Assembly (NCBI RefSeq): GCF_009914755.1
Contig: NC_060938.1
Length of the DNA: 64,000 bases
Source: the human T2T-CHM13v2.0 reference genome, Homo sapiens
Direction: 5' to 3' (one strand)
The position numbers were made by a program, and so were the translations under genes. The notes beneath the pieces were generated by a model. The model saw only the letters and a program-made list of their open reading frames with translations. It was not told the origin of the DNA and ran no database searches. Shown piece after piece: positions 51,005 through 64,000 of the stretch (its first letter is position 1; every line of letters starts with the position of its first letter).

Positions 51005-51018
51005 CCACCAGGGGGCGC
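51005..51018 (+). promoter_or_regulatory. CTCF core motif CCACCAGGGGGCGC
   Basis: Exact match to the canonical CTCF core; motif evidence only. Confidence 0.7.
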
Positions 51019-51309
51019 CCCCAACTTGGACTTCCAGAGGCAAGGGATTTGGGGGAACCCCCTTGTGCAGCCCTCAGGCCCCAGAACTACGCACAGATAT
51101 CAAAGCACAGACAGCTAACTTCTCACACAGATTCACAGTGAAACTGGTTTTAGGTTCGGAACTGATAGGAACCCCCAAATGCAAGAAATATTCACCTGTT
51201 TCCAATAACCTTTCCAGAATGCTTAGATGTCTATCAGAATTTTTTAAAGCCACCCACTAAACAAGCCAAAAGCCCCATCACACCCTGGAAAGTCTAAGTA
51301 ACTATGAAC

Positions 51310-51635
51310 TTGCACGATCACGTGCACGGGAACGGTGAGCGTGTGCTATTTTCAAACACAGGAACTGGCTCATTGTTTGCCGGGGCTGAGGCTTCCTGCG
51401 CAGGGGGCTGAGTGCGGCCCCGCCCACGCTTCCCATGACCGACACCTCCTCTCGGGGCGCGGGGCAGCGGGCAGCAGAGCAAGCCCAGGAGGGAAGAGGG
51501 AAAGGGAGAGGCCTGGCAGAGGCGCTAAGAACCTGGGTCTCCGGGGCAGCAGCCACTCAGCACCCTCCCCACCCAGGAGAGAGAAAACAGGCTGCCTCCA
51601 TCTTGCCCAATTATGCAAATGAATGGAGGAAATGA
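51310..51635. promoter_or_regulatory. Candidate intronic enhancer or alternative promoter
   Basis: Locally CpG-rich; E-box CACGTG at 51319, GC box GGCCCCGCCC at 51416, octamer ATGCAAAT at 51613, several GGAA cores. Confidence 0.45.
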
Positions 51636-52019
51636 CGCCCTGGGTACATTTATAGCAGGGATTCGTGGCCACTGGTGATGGCTCCTGCCATCCAGGGCTT
51701 TCAGCCATCCACAGATGGCCTCAGAGAGCCTCTGGGTGTCAGTGCACTATAATCTGGAAGCTCCCGGGAATGTCCATATGGGAATTCGGAAAACTGGCAA
51801 CACTTAATTTGTGTTTTGCGTCCTGACATCAAGGCTGCCAGACCCCTCGTGTCTTCCCTGGGGAGAACTGTAATGAAACAGTTCCAAGTGGAGCTTGAAG
51901 GAAATCATGTTTGCCTGGGATGAATGGATGGGCTAACATGGCAGATTCAGAGCCCAGGACTCAGCTCCCTGGAGGCAGCGGCGGCCACGGCCAGGCTGGC
52001 TCCCCGGCACCAGGCGCTA

Positions 52020-52232
<213 letters not shown>

Positions 52233-52814
52233 TCAGCCCCTGTATAGCTACCGTCATGTGCTGTGGATGAAGATGTACTGGCTCACTTCCAAATAAACAG
52301 AGCTGCACAGAAACATCCCAACACAGGGCCCTGCTATGAGAGGGAAAGCCACTCAAAGGTACCCTGACCTGGCTACCTAGGTTATGAAGACAGACCCGGC
52401 CGGGGTCCCTAACTGAATGCTGTCTGAACAAAGTGACATACTGCACAGGGCTTTAAAGCAAGTGTGCAGTGATGGGCAGCTCTGTGGCTCTAGCGAAGCC
52501 CTAACAGGCCTCTAAAGCTGTTAACAGGCTAACAAATCACAGCTCACCCCACACCATCAACACTGGCAAAGACCCTTCTTCCAAGACACACACACACACT
52601 CATTCCTACAGAAAAGCAATACAGAAGTCAAGTGCTCTGTTTGTGGGTGTTAAGTGGCACCCACTCAAGCCTGCTGATTTTAGCAAGCTACTCCCCGCAG
52701 TCAACAAGTCATTCGTGGTAGCAGTGGCAGCAGCAACGGCAGTAGCAGCAACAAACCCAGTAGCTAAACTATCAGAGAAGGGCACGCCATAAACCTGAAC
52801 CTGCCCCAATCGGT

Positions 52815-53115
52815 TTTCTTTTCTTTCTTTCTTTTTTTCTGAGACAAGGTCTTGCTCTATCACCCAGGCTGGAATGCAATGGTGTGATCACGGCTCACTG
52901 CAGCCTCAACCTCCCAGGCTCAAGCAACCCTCCTGCCTCAGTCTCTCCCAAGTAGATGGAACTACAGGCTCACACCACCATGCCCAATTATTTAGTTTTC
53001 GTAGAGATGGGGCCTCGCTAGGTTGCCAGGGTTAGAACTCCTGCGCTCAAGGGATCCTCCCACCTTAGCCTCCCAAAGTGCTGGGATTACAGGCATGAGC
53101 CACTGTGCCCGAGCC
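52815..53115 (-). mobile_element. AluJ, about 40 bp from the exon 11 donor
   Basis: Diverged Alu. Confidence 0.87.
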
Positions 53116-53128
53116 CAATCTGTTTTCA

Positions 53129-53350
<222 letters not shown>

Positions 53351-53469
53351 TCATTAGGATGGAATTCTAAAACCAAAACTCTTTCAGGCATCTGGACCCA
53401 AGCAAACAATCTAGAGGGAAGTCCGAGGCAGGAAGTTTTTCCTCTACTTTTTTTTTTATCATCTTCACC

Positions 53470-53758
53470 TTTTTTTTGAGACGGAATGTCACTCTGTCGC
53501 CCAGGCTGGGGTGCAGTGGCGCGATCTCAGCTCACTGCAACCTCCACCTCCTAGGTTCAGCAATTCTCCTGCCTTAGCCTCCCAAGTAGCTGCAATTACA
53601 GGCGCCTGCTATCGCGCCCGGCTAATTTTTGTATCTTTAGTAGAGACGAGGTTTCATCATGTTATCCAGGCTGGTCTCGAATTCCTGACCTCAGGTGATC
53701 CACCTGCCTCGGCCTCCTAAAGTTCTGGGATTACGGGCATGAGCCACTGTGCCCAGCC
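53470..53758 (-). mobile_element. AluS; TSD atcttcacc
   Basis: Full dimer. Confidence 0.9.
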
Positions 53759-56700
53759 CATCTTCACCCTTTTTAATCGGGCAAGGACAATGGACTTTCT
53801 CTGCTATAAGAAAAAAAAATCCATGAATCAAGATAGGCTGGGAATAGTGCCAAGGCTTTGACATGCCTAATCTCATCTGGACGGACAAGGGGACCCTGAG
53901 CCCATTTCCTTAACAAGGAAGGAGTGGGGTTGAGAGTCAATCCTGGGTTCCAGGTCTGAGTCTAGTAGACCTCTTAATTCAACATTCATTCTACAGATGT
54001 GGGGCCTGGAAAACAGCAGCTATTCAGATAAACTTTCATTCAATACACTGCTCCTATCTGAGTATCTTACAAACACTCTTAGATAACAAAAGTTCTTGGC
54101 AGTTTCCTGGAAATGGGGGTCTTTAAGACAGTTAAGTTTCAGCACAGCAAACCACACAAATGTGAGCTCCACAAATGTATACAGCTGAGGGGTGCGCTGG
54201 ATCTACTTTTGACACAGGCAGTGATGTGCACAAGGGAAGAAGTCAGTCCAGGGCGCACATCTCCACTGTTCCTTTGCTACGGGCTTTCTTGGCTTCTCTT
54301 CTCCTGGGCCCTTCCAAGCACCGCTCGGTATCTGGCGGGGAACTGAGCTTCCCCCAAATGCCTTCGCAGGTTACAAACAGCACACGCCAGGAACGTGTAC
54401 GCTTCTTTCGGTGGGCAGAGCTGTCTGAGGTTTGTCCCACTCACGAATCACACTGGGAACCAGGCTGGGAGTTTCTACTTATCCACCATGTGCTCATCTT
54501 CCTATGTGGGCCAGAATCCAAGACTCCTGGTGGAGGGGAAGCCACACACTTTCCGGCCAGCGGACACAGCTTTGATCAAAGCCTGGCAGGCGGTGAGGGG
54601 CTTGGCCATTAAGTCTCTGGATTCACCTGCGTGCCCTCCTCTCGCTGCCTGTGCCCAGCAGAGACCACATCTACTATGTGGCTGGCCCTGCCCCAGGCAA
54701 TCCATGTCCTGCCTTACAGTGGCCCTCAGAGGGAGGCAGGGACAGTCCCTTCCTGCAGATGAAAGACCAATTCAGAAAAAATAAGAAATGAGCTCAAAGC
54801 CACGAACCTAGTGAGGTACAAAGCTGGGGCCTGACAGGCCGCAGACCCGGTGCTCTCCTCACTGCCCTCGGCTCCCTGAAGCCCACCCTCGAGGGGCTTG
54901 TGTGGGTGAGAGGCCCCTGTTGTACTAATAACACAAGCCAGAGCACAATGACGGGCTTCAAAGCAGAAAGAAGGCCCAGCCTTTTCTCTCTGGCTACTGC
55001 CCCCACTCTTTTGACCAGCGTTCCAGCAGGGTCCACCGCCAGCACTCCCCAGCATCACTACCCTCAGGCCCTGAGCAACCACCGCACAGGCTGCCTGCTG
55101 CTTCACCCTCACAAGCAACTCCTATTCAGCCTTCAAGACCCAGCTGGAGTTGTCCCCTAGGAGAAGTGCTTGAGAATTCACTGTGTCCCACCCAAGTCAG
55201 GCTTCTGGGCTCCTAGTGTTCTGGGTCTGCTCTGAGGCCACAGCAGGCCGGCCTGTTCCTCCCCCAGACCAGGAACCTCAGGCAGGACTGTTGTGCTTTT
55301 GCTCTTGTGAGCCTCGCGTAAGTGTTCAATAACACTACTTGGCCAAATCATGCCACAAGGAGGGAGGAATCAAAGGCGGCATGTGAGGTGGACCTTAAAG
55401 AACTCAGAGACTTCCCGGAATGAATGGAGATGGCCAGGAGTGGGAGATGGCATGGAACAGAAGATTTCTAACTGCTACTCAAACATGCTGTGGTTTTCTG
55501 GCCATTTCAACCTCCACTATACATAAGGTAACAGAAACATCTCGAGTGCCCTGCACACTGCACCACCACCTCTGAAATGAGAAGCCAGATCCAGAAGCTG
55601 TGTCCAAGCTCCCGAAGCAAGCCCAGGGCTCCCCCGGGCACCTGGCGAGGAGGAGTGGGAAGCCGGATTCCACACCTCTGGGTAGCTGTCCAAGGCCAGA
55701 ACGCCCCACCGTGGCCCTGACCACAAGTGACCTAGGAGGCTATTTAAAGGCCCGACCCAGCCCAGCAAACAGCTGAGGGGACCACACTCATGAAGTCACA
55801 GCCCAGGACTGAGGGCTAGTTCAGGAGGCTCAAGAGCTCACTTCTAATCTGCCACTGCGACTTGGGGCAGTGATTAGGCACGGGAGCTAACGGGCCCCGA
55901 TTCCCAGGGCTGCTACATACACTCTCAACCCAGATTCCTCCTTTACACGATGGGCCTAAAGACAGGGTGACGCGGAGCTCGGATGATGCGTGTGAAATAC
56001 TCCATGCGCAGCGCCTGAGACCTACAAACTCGCCAGCCGCCATCACCACCAACTCACACCCACAGAGCACCCCCAGCACTCCCCACGGAGCACCTATCAT
56101 GTTAACAGAAAAAACTGGCTTCTAGGGTGCCTCCTGACCCCTGAGGAGCACACAGCACCAGAGGGGGTGCGGAATCAAACAAACAGGCAGTCTTCCGCCA
56201 GGGAGCTCTGTAGCAACCACGATGCCGTATGGTTCCCTAAGGGGGCCATAGCAGCAGGAGGCTGGCCCAGGGCATCCTCAGTGGGGAGGGTCTGGGTCAG
56301 CTGACTCAGGGCAGGCAGACATCCTACCCACCCAGGAAACATCACCCCCGCTCTGAACCCTACCTGCTCATCCAGCTTCATGGACATCCCTTGAACTTCA
56401 CCGAAGACCTGCCTGTTTTTAAACTTCACCCACTTTGAGAAGCATGGGGGACTTAAACCTTAAACCAAACGGCAGGTCTGTCCTATTCAACGTCTTAGTG
56501 TGCTGAACCTCATCACAACTCCTCAGCAGTTATTAAGGAACAAGGGAGACACAAAGTTCCAGGTGGGAACAGAAGACTTCCCTGTGTTCAGGGTGTCCTT
56601 AGTAAGTGCCCTGAATCTTGACATTCCCTGATTAAGTATGATGTGACATGTCAGCCCTAACGTGAGCTGCTGGAGGCTGGGGCCCTTCCTCAGGCCTCCA

Positions 56701-57139
56701 CGGCCTCTGAGACAGTGGCAGCCCCTCACCTCTCCTAGGAGTACCCCTCTTGCAGCACTTCCCACACCCCCTTTATTTCTTCCTTCCTGTGAAGGCTGAA
56801 GCTCACGTTCATTCACAGGCAAGCATCAAGTCATTCACAGGCAAGCATCAAGGTCTGGAGGCAGACAGTCATTCCCATCCCAGGTCCCCCTGCTTAGCAA
56901 CTGCCATGCTGGGCAAGTTATTAATTAATCAATTGTCAGTTTCCTCATCTGAAAAGAGGGGAGGAACTGCCAGTGGCTGCTAAACCTGCAGGGCCACCAT
57001 GAGGCTTCAGTGCATGGATGCAGTTAGGGCCTGACATCATTCCCAGCAGGTGGGGAAAGCTCCACAGATACACAAGGTCGTTACCACTCACTGAAAGACC
57101 CGACTGTGCACCTCATTTGGGCCAGACCCTGAGAATGTG

Positions 57140-57322
57140 AAGGCCCAGTCAGGCAATGTTTTCAGCTCTGCAGGTTTTAAGTCTCTGTCACAACTACTCA
57201 ACTCCACAGAGGGAGCACAAAAAGAGACAACAAATGGGTGTTAGCTGTGTTCCAACACAACTGTGTTCATAAAAACTCACAGGGGCCGGGTTTGCCCAGG
57301 GACTGCCATCTGCTGACCCCTG
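57140..57322. mobile_element. MER58A-like MITE
   Basis: gtctctgtcacaactactcaactc...gctgtgttccaa...ctgctgacccctg. Confidence 0.65.
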
Positions 57323-59091
57323 AGCCACAAGGTGCATGGGGCACAGAGGACCAGGGGTCAGTAAGGCACAGACCCTGTGTTCAAAGAGCTCCCACTCTGG
57401 TTGGGAAACAGACAGGAAAGTGCCACGTGATGAGCACTGCCTGCAGTCAGGAGGGGTTTCAAGGAAGCCTGGAGCAGGAGGCTGGGAGACGCAGCCCGCA
57501 CAGTTCAGCGCCCCACCCCTGACCTGGCCGCAGAGTCGGAAGAGAGAGTGGGGCTGGGCTGAGGAAGCACTTGTGCAAAAGCACCAGGAGTCCTGGGGGA
57601 GCTGAAGTGGGGAGTGGCAGACGAGGGTACGGTGTGGGTTTTACCCAGGAGCCATGGAGAGTGGCTGCAAAGGCCTCTGCAGCAGGACAGACAGAGGCAG
57701 ACTGGCCAGTCCAGACCATTAGGGAGGCACTCCGCAGGCAGACTCTGGAGTAACATGAGCGAGGATGCCAGTGAGGCTGAGCCACACTCTTCAACACCCG
57801 CCTCCGGACAAGGACATGCTGGGAGGTGAGAAACAGGCTTACAAACAGGAGGGGCACCTGGACCTGGGACGAGGGGATGGGGAGGAAGACAAAGAACCAA
57901 GGTGGCCCTGTGCTCTGGCTTGAGCACCCGAGTGGATGTGACTCCAGACCAGAGACAGGACAGGCAGGTGTGGAGGGAAAGACAATGACTCTGAACACAC
58001 TGGCCTTGAGATGTCTCTGGATGACCCGGGTACACTGAGGCCTGGAGCGCAAGACAGAGCCTCAGCCAAGGATTAAGATCTGGGACTCGAGGGTCTATGT
58101 GTGTGGGCTAAGGGAAGGCGGCAGGGCAGGTGAGCCATCCCTGGAGAAAGCCCAGAGGAGAAGCAGAGGGCAAGGGGTGAATGAGGGCCCTGATACTGAG
58201 GGGTGGGCCTGCGATGGGAGAGTGAGTCCAGGAGTGGGGAGAGTGGAAGCTCAGGGAGGAAGTGGTAGGAGGGGCTGGGGCTGAGGAGTGCTTGCCGGAT
58301 ATGTCCATGTCAGGAGCGCCCCTTTACTGGCAAGAGTGGCTTTGGTAAGTGGGGCGGGGGTGGGGGGAGCGGTGCAGGCACGGCAGGTGGCTCCAGACTG
58401 GGGGAAATGGGCCCACAGCTGACACTGCTTTCACACAGGTCTGCCTTTGAGCCCAGGGAGAGGCAGCTGGAGAGAATCGGAGGAAAGTGGAAAGGTCTGT
58501 TTTAAGTTAAAGATGGGAAAGCCTCAGGGGCCCTAAGACACTGGACTCAAATCAACAAACATGTCCCAAGCACCTTTTCCTCCTGAAGATGACTGAGACC
58601 TCTGAGAGCTGCAGGAGATGTTGCCTGGGGCCAGAGGAGGGTGGAGGAGGGCAGAGGAGCTGGGGCCCTGTCTCCAGGCCCCATGGGCAAGGCAGACCAG
58701 GCCACAGCAGAGCTCCTGCCCCACCCCGTTCCTGGTCACCATGGTGGGGTGGAGAGTGTGCATGTGCACACGTGTGTGTGCGCGTGCGAGAGAGAGGAGA
58801 AAGACAGACACACATTCTAAGAATGATCATTAGCCCAGTTCCTCACTGGCCGGTGCTGGCCAACAACCCTTTCTGTCCCTCTGGCTGACCCCTCACTGCA
58901 GAGATCTATTCCACGGTCCCCACCTCCTTGGGGCAGCTCCCTGTTGGGGAGGCTCCCCACGGACAGGTGCACCCCAGAATAAGCCCATTGCAAACATGCT
59001 CCTACATCACAGGATGCCAAGGTCTCAGACATGCCCGAGAGCACCCCCTGCTTTGACAGATGGGGACAAGACTTGCCCAACACCTGGCAAG

Positions 59092-59301
59092 CTGGGTATA
59101 GACTGTGCCCAGCTAGGTCTCTGCCCCTGGGTATACACTGTGCCCAGGTAGGTCTCTGCCTCTGGGTGTAGACTGTGCCCAGCTAGGTCTCTGCCCCTGG
59201 GTGTAGACTCTGCCCAGCTAGGTCTCTGCCCCTGGGTGCAGACTCTGCCCAGCTAGGTCTCTGCCCCTGAGTGCAGACTCTGCCCAGCTAGGTCTCTGCC
59301 C
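59092..59301. repeat. Minisatellite, 6 x 35 bp ctgggt(a/g)(t/c)agact(g/c)tgcccagctaggtctctgccc
   Basis: Units start at 59092, 59127, 59162, 59197, 59232 and 59267. Confidence 0.95.
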
Positions 59302-60329
59302 CTCGGGCTATTTGGGAGCCAGCGCTGCCTAGAGAGCCATAAATCACACAGGAGCAGAGAGAGGCCACATCCACTCCGCTCAGGATGCACACAGCATCTA
59401 TGCATCTGCCCTTTGCCTGCAGTAGAAACTTTCAGCCAATTTTAAAATACGGGGAAAGAGAACCTTCCAGTTCTCTGCCTTTGTCCTCCTCCCACACAGC
59501 CCTGAGGGCAACCCCCATGCCCTGGACAGCACTGAGCAGAACTACTGTTTACAAAGGGAAGTCAGGGACACCCCACGCCCGCCCGCATGCTTCCTCCTGG
59601 ACCGAGGGACACCTACTCTGCTACTCATTTTGTTTTTTCACCTCTTATGTAAGCTAGGCTAGGAGCAAAAATAGCTGCCAGACTTTTGAAAACAAACCAT
59701 GTACATTTGTGTTCCATGTTTTTGTAACCAAAATTAATCTGCCCTTGCCCTGAAGCCCGGGTCCTTTATCTTGTCCTCCCACATGGCAGGATGCGCTCTC
59801 CCTTCGGTGATGCACACCAATGTGCTTTACGGGTTAGACGGGGCAGCCTGTCTGGGCGGACCTGGCCACCAGTGTCTCCCACTGTACCTGCAAGTGCTGC
59901 ACCAATTCGAGCTGGCACGAATGCAATAACCTCTCTGCTCTCCTGCCCATCTCACCTAACAGCCCTGTCTCCAATCCCAAGGAGTCGAAAAACTCATGAT
60001 TCCTCCCCTTCCCTCCTCCCGAGACTGCAAGCCTTGTAACTGCAGAGCAAAGAGTGGTGTGATTACCAAGTGCCTTGTGTGTGCCAGGCTCTGTGTACAA
60101 GCAGTCAAGTAAGACAGTCCCACCTGCTGGGGCTCAAGGTCCACACAGAAAGCCTCTGGCCACACTCCACCCACAGACCGGCCCTTGGCTCTGCAAACCC
60201 TGCCTTTCCGGAGGGAATCCACGAGTGAAGAGCCTCGGGCGGGGGTCGGGGGTGCGGAAAGAAGCACTCTCTTCATCTGCAACCATATTCCTCCAGCTTG
60301 GGAGGAATCCAAGAAGTATAAAGAGAGAG

Positions 60330-60925
60330 ACACACGCAGATGTGTTCATATTTCCATTTGGATGACAGCCACTGACGTATGTGCATCTCTTTTGGCTGTA
60401 CTATAGGAATACATTAAGTAATTCAATGGAACCTTCTTGCTAATATTTTAATGGTATAGATCTGCTAATGAATTCTCTTCGAAACATATACTTACTGTAC
60501 CCTGTTGCTTTATGCCTTATTTTAAACCGAGCCTTAAGGGAATATAGTATTTTAACATTAACTCTGCCAACAACTTTATCTAGCAGCCTGTTACCATTTT
60601 CGTCGTCTGTGAAATTTATGTCCAAAGAAAGGCAGGATTACATTTTTTCCTAACAGATTGAGTTGGTGTAGTGTGTTCTTGGTTATCAAAATACTCATAC
60701 AGCTTTGGGATTTCGAATTGGTAAATATTCATGATGTGTGAAAAAGCATGACATATACTGCATGCTCTCAACCATGTAAAACGATGCTGTGTGCACACAC
60801 AGGACACGGAAGGACACGGCAAACTGTAAACTGCTTGCGATTCTGGAGGACTTTGTTCTTCGCTTGCCTTTTTCAGTTTCCTATAACGCACATATTAGTT
60901 TTTTAAAAGTAAAGGTTATTTTTTT
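60330..60925 (+). pseudogene. Probable processed-pseudogene 3' UTR fragment, parent not identified
   Basis: AT-rich, UTR-like island in a GC-rich intron, ending with a degenerate polyA signal (AGTAAA at about 60908). Confidence 0.4.
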
Positions 60926-60949
60926 AAGGGGGGCAAGATGGCCTGGGAG

Positions 60950-61090
60950 AGGGCCTGTAAAATGCAGATTTCTAGGGCCTGCCCTTACTCCCTAGGGTCT
61001 AGGGTGGGGCCCAGGAATCTGCATTTTAAACACAAACCCTCAGCTGATCCTGATATAGGTAGACACAGACCGCATCTTGAGAAACTGAGA
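60950..61090. mobile_element. MER5-like MITE
   Basis: aaaatgcagatttc...gggtggggcccaggaatctgcattttaa...ttgagaaactg. Confidence 0.7.
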
Positions 61091-61494
61091 AATGAAGGGC
61101 TGAGACTTATGAGAAGCTGCTTCACAGCTTTAAACTGATCAGTATTTTTAACTGTTTCACAATGGATGTGGTTGACCAGGTGTGCACTGAGGCAAAGTGC
61201 CTGTTTTCCCGCTGACCTTTTACTTGGAATACCTCTTCTAACACTAACATTTTATCGTAAAAAATATAAAATTTCCTGAAAGGTCGAAATAATTGTATCA
61301 CACACACCCATACACATACCACCTAGATGCTACAATGAGAATTTTTGCTGTATGTGCTTTATCACATATCCATCAATCTATCCATCTCTCTAACCACTTC
61401 ATTTTTATTTTCTGCATAAACATACCTCGTACTTGGGTCTTTTCTAATCTAAGGTTTTACCACCTGCGGGTCAACCTCAATTCACGGATGCATT

Positions 61495-61823
<329 letters not shown>

Positions 61824-64000
61824 TAATTGCATAGGAACTGTTCTTAAGGAATCTCAGGGCAAATTCCCTGGAAATATGCATCGCCACACCCTGAAAAACC
61901 TGGATTTTCATATAAACCTGGGCACACACTTATTTATTAAAAGCAAACACGGGCCCATCGAAGTCACCTGTGCATCAAGGTAACGCCGGGCCTTGACATG
62001 AAGCCCACTCAGCACTGGAGGGAGTGACTGGCCCAGGCATCTGCCACCGGGGGCAAGGGTTCACCTCAACCCCAGCAGGGCTCAGATGGTACCTGGCTCC
62101 CATCTCAAAGCAGCTCAGCTCCAGGCCTCTGAGCTGCATTCTAAGTTAAGTCCAACACACACCTGAGTGCTCAGGTGGGAGGCCCGCCCCAAGAGCCCTG
62201 TGCTCCCATACTCGGCTTCTGCAGGTATCTGAGAAGGTGGGGTCTCCAATGCAGCAGAGCAGCCACCAGCTCTGCAAATGCAGCACTGTCCAAAGCCAGC
62301 TCCAGATTCACTCAGCAAGCGTCTCTCCAACACCTCCCAGGGGCCAGAACTGCTCTACATGCTGAGAACATGCCCATGAAGACACAAACCAAACTCCTGG
62401 GCCAGGGTTCCTCATCCGGTGGGACTCAGGAAAGCAGTGGTAGAAAGCAGGGCTCGTGCATCAGGCAGACTTGGGGCCACGTAGCCTGAGTGCTTAAATG
62501 TTCTGAAACACCCCACGCCACCCGCCTCGTGAAAATGCTTGATGGGCACGATGCACGCTGCACACCTTCCATGGCTGGGCCCTGAGAGCCCCTCCAGCCT
62601 CACCTCTCACCGTCCACCCAGACACACCAGGACCTTGTGGCCCTGACCTCAGGTGTCTCTCCTGCACGCTGCTTTCTCGGGCTTCCAGGCCTTTGCTCCT
62701 GCCTCTGCCTGGCTCTCCCTGCTTGGTTAACTCCTAGCTATTTCAGGCCTCACTTTCAACAGCACCCCCACCCCCTGGCCCCAGCCATGTTTGGGTGAGG
62801 CGCCCTCCTCTGTGACCCCCAGCACAGCACTGATGGTGTTGCATCCTAACCATGTGCTGCCTGCCTGCTTCCCTCCCCAGAGGCTAAGCCCTGTGGGTCC
62901 AGCTGTCTCTTCCATGACTATATCCATGCTGCTCAATTAATGTCACCGCATGAAGAAGGCAAAGTCACTCACAATCGGAAAGGTTTCAAGTCTGGAAGAG
63001 GGACAAGGGAGGGAATCCCAAATTGTTCTAAGCATCCTATGAGGACTGAAGACGGTTTGCTAGGCTGTTGTAACTATTCCAATCTGAGAACAGGTGTCCT
63101 CCACCATTTATCTAATTCCTGACACTATGGGCATCCGAAGGGAGTACAGCTCACTCCTCTCAGCAGTGGCCTGGACTTAATCAACCATGCCCAATTCATC
63201 ACCTGCGTTGGCGGCTCAGTGTCTGCAAACCCACGTTTGTCTCACTACCTATCCCTGAGTAAATGTCTCATGCAGAGAGACACTATTTCTCTTTCTCTTG
63301 TGATTAATAAAGTGAATACGAAATCTAAGGCATTATAAATCTCATGGTAATTTTCCACTATGAAAGTCATTAATGTGAAAAATACTTGTCACTTCACAGA
63401 GGCATGACACTGGAGATGATGGAAACCTCTCTAAAACTCCAAGAACTCCCTGATGCAGAGGGCACAGCTTGTGTGTTTCTAGATCCTCTGCTCCTGGTGC
63501 AGCGCTCAGTTACCATGCAGGCGGGTGCTGGGCAGACGCGTCTATGTGACTGAGCGAGGATGCTCCCACAAGGTCAGGAACGAACACGGAGACGGGATCC
63601 CCAAACCCACCCTCCTCCACAAATCAGGGTGCAGGGTGAGATGTGGGAGTCACGTTCCATCCATGACCCCACTCTGGGGCTGCATGAGGTCCCCTATGTG
63701 CAGGAGGAGCTGCTGAGGTGGTTTGTGCATGACAGTCCCCAGCCCTCCCACCCGGGGCATTTCCAGTAAGCAATGCAGCCGTCAGAAGCTGCCCATGTTC
63801 TGGAACCCATCTGTGCCAGAGATTCGTGCCTCTCATAACCCAGAGAGCCAGTGGCCCATCTCCAGGACAAAGCTGAGAAACGGTCTACCCTCCCCACCCC
63901 TCGCCCAGGCATGGGCTGGCTTTGCACAGCCTTCAGGATGCTCCTCAGCAGGAGGTAAGGAGCCTTAGCATGCAAAGACACTCCCTGAGTGGGTCTGAGG

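Noticed and set aside
56155-56172. Additional CTCF-like motifs (also near 19995 and 25895)
   Set aside because: Mismatches at core positions; too weak to call without ChIP data.
56809-56852. 22-bp tandem duplication tcattcacaggcaagcatcaag x2 (similar short ones near 14240 and 27950)
   Set aside because: Ordinary slippage duplications with no evident function.
59092-59301. CRISPR-like look of palindromic repeats at a fixed period
   Set aside because: The intervening segments are essentially identical rather than unique spacers, there are no cas genes, and the context is a human intron.

Overview
Human (or near-human primate) genomic DNA holding the 3' part of CCDC88C (DAPLE, the Girdin/GIV paralogue) on the minus strand. 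I reconstructed 20 coding exons (numbered 11-30) with GT-AG boundaries and consistent phases. Together they give 1678 codons, i.e. residues 351-2028 if the protein is 2028 aa. With that numbering, recalled landmarks fall correctly: R464, the GBA-motif F1675, the c.5058 end of exon 29 and the C-terminal PDZ-binding GCV. Exons 1-10 lie beyond 64000. Introns carry about 27 Alu-type SINEs, MER/Tigger DNA transposons, MaLR/MER21 LTRs, L1 fragments and three minisatellites. The most interesting region is intron 25 (about 12.6-13.4 kb). There a strong acceptor opens an in-frame 55-aa ORF resembling the equivalent Girdin exon, ending in a stop. The same 441-nt block ends in the ATG and donor of the short Daple-V2 isoform (MSVLS). 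One exon could therefore split DAPLE into an N-terminal coiled-coil protein and a C-terminal signalling protein. Other leads are candidate cryptic or fossil exons in introns 26-27, a VNTR made of 5' splice-site decoys, a stop-free circRNA candidate (exons 14-15), an AluYg6-like insertion, a perfect 62-bp dispersed duplication, two probable retroposed mRNA fragments and two CTCF motifs. Gene, isoform, variant and repeat-family names come from memory, not from searches. Repeat coordinates are approximate.
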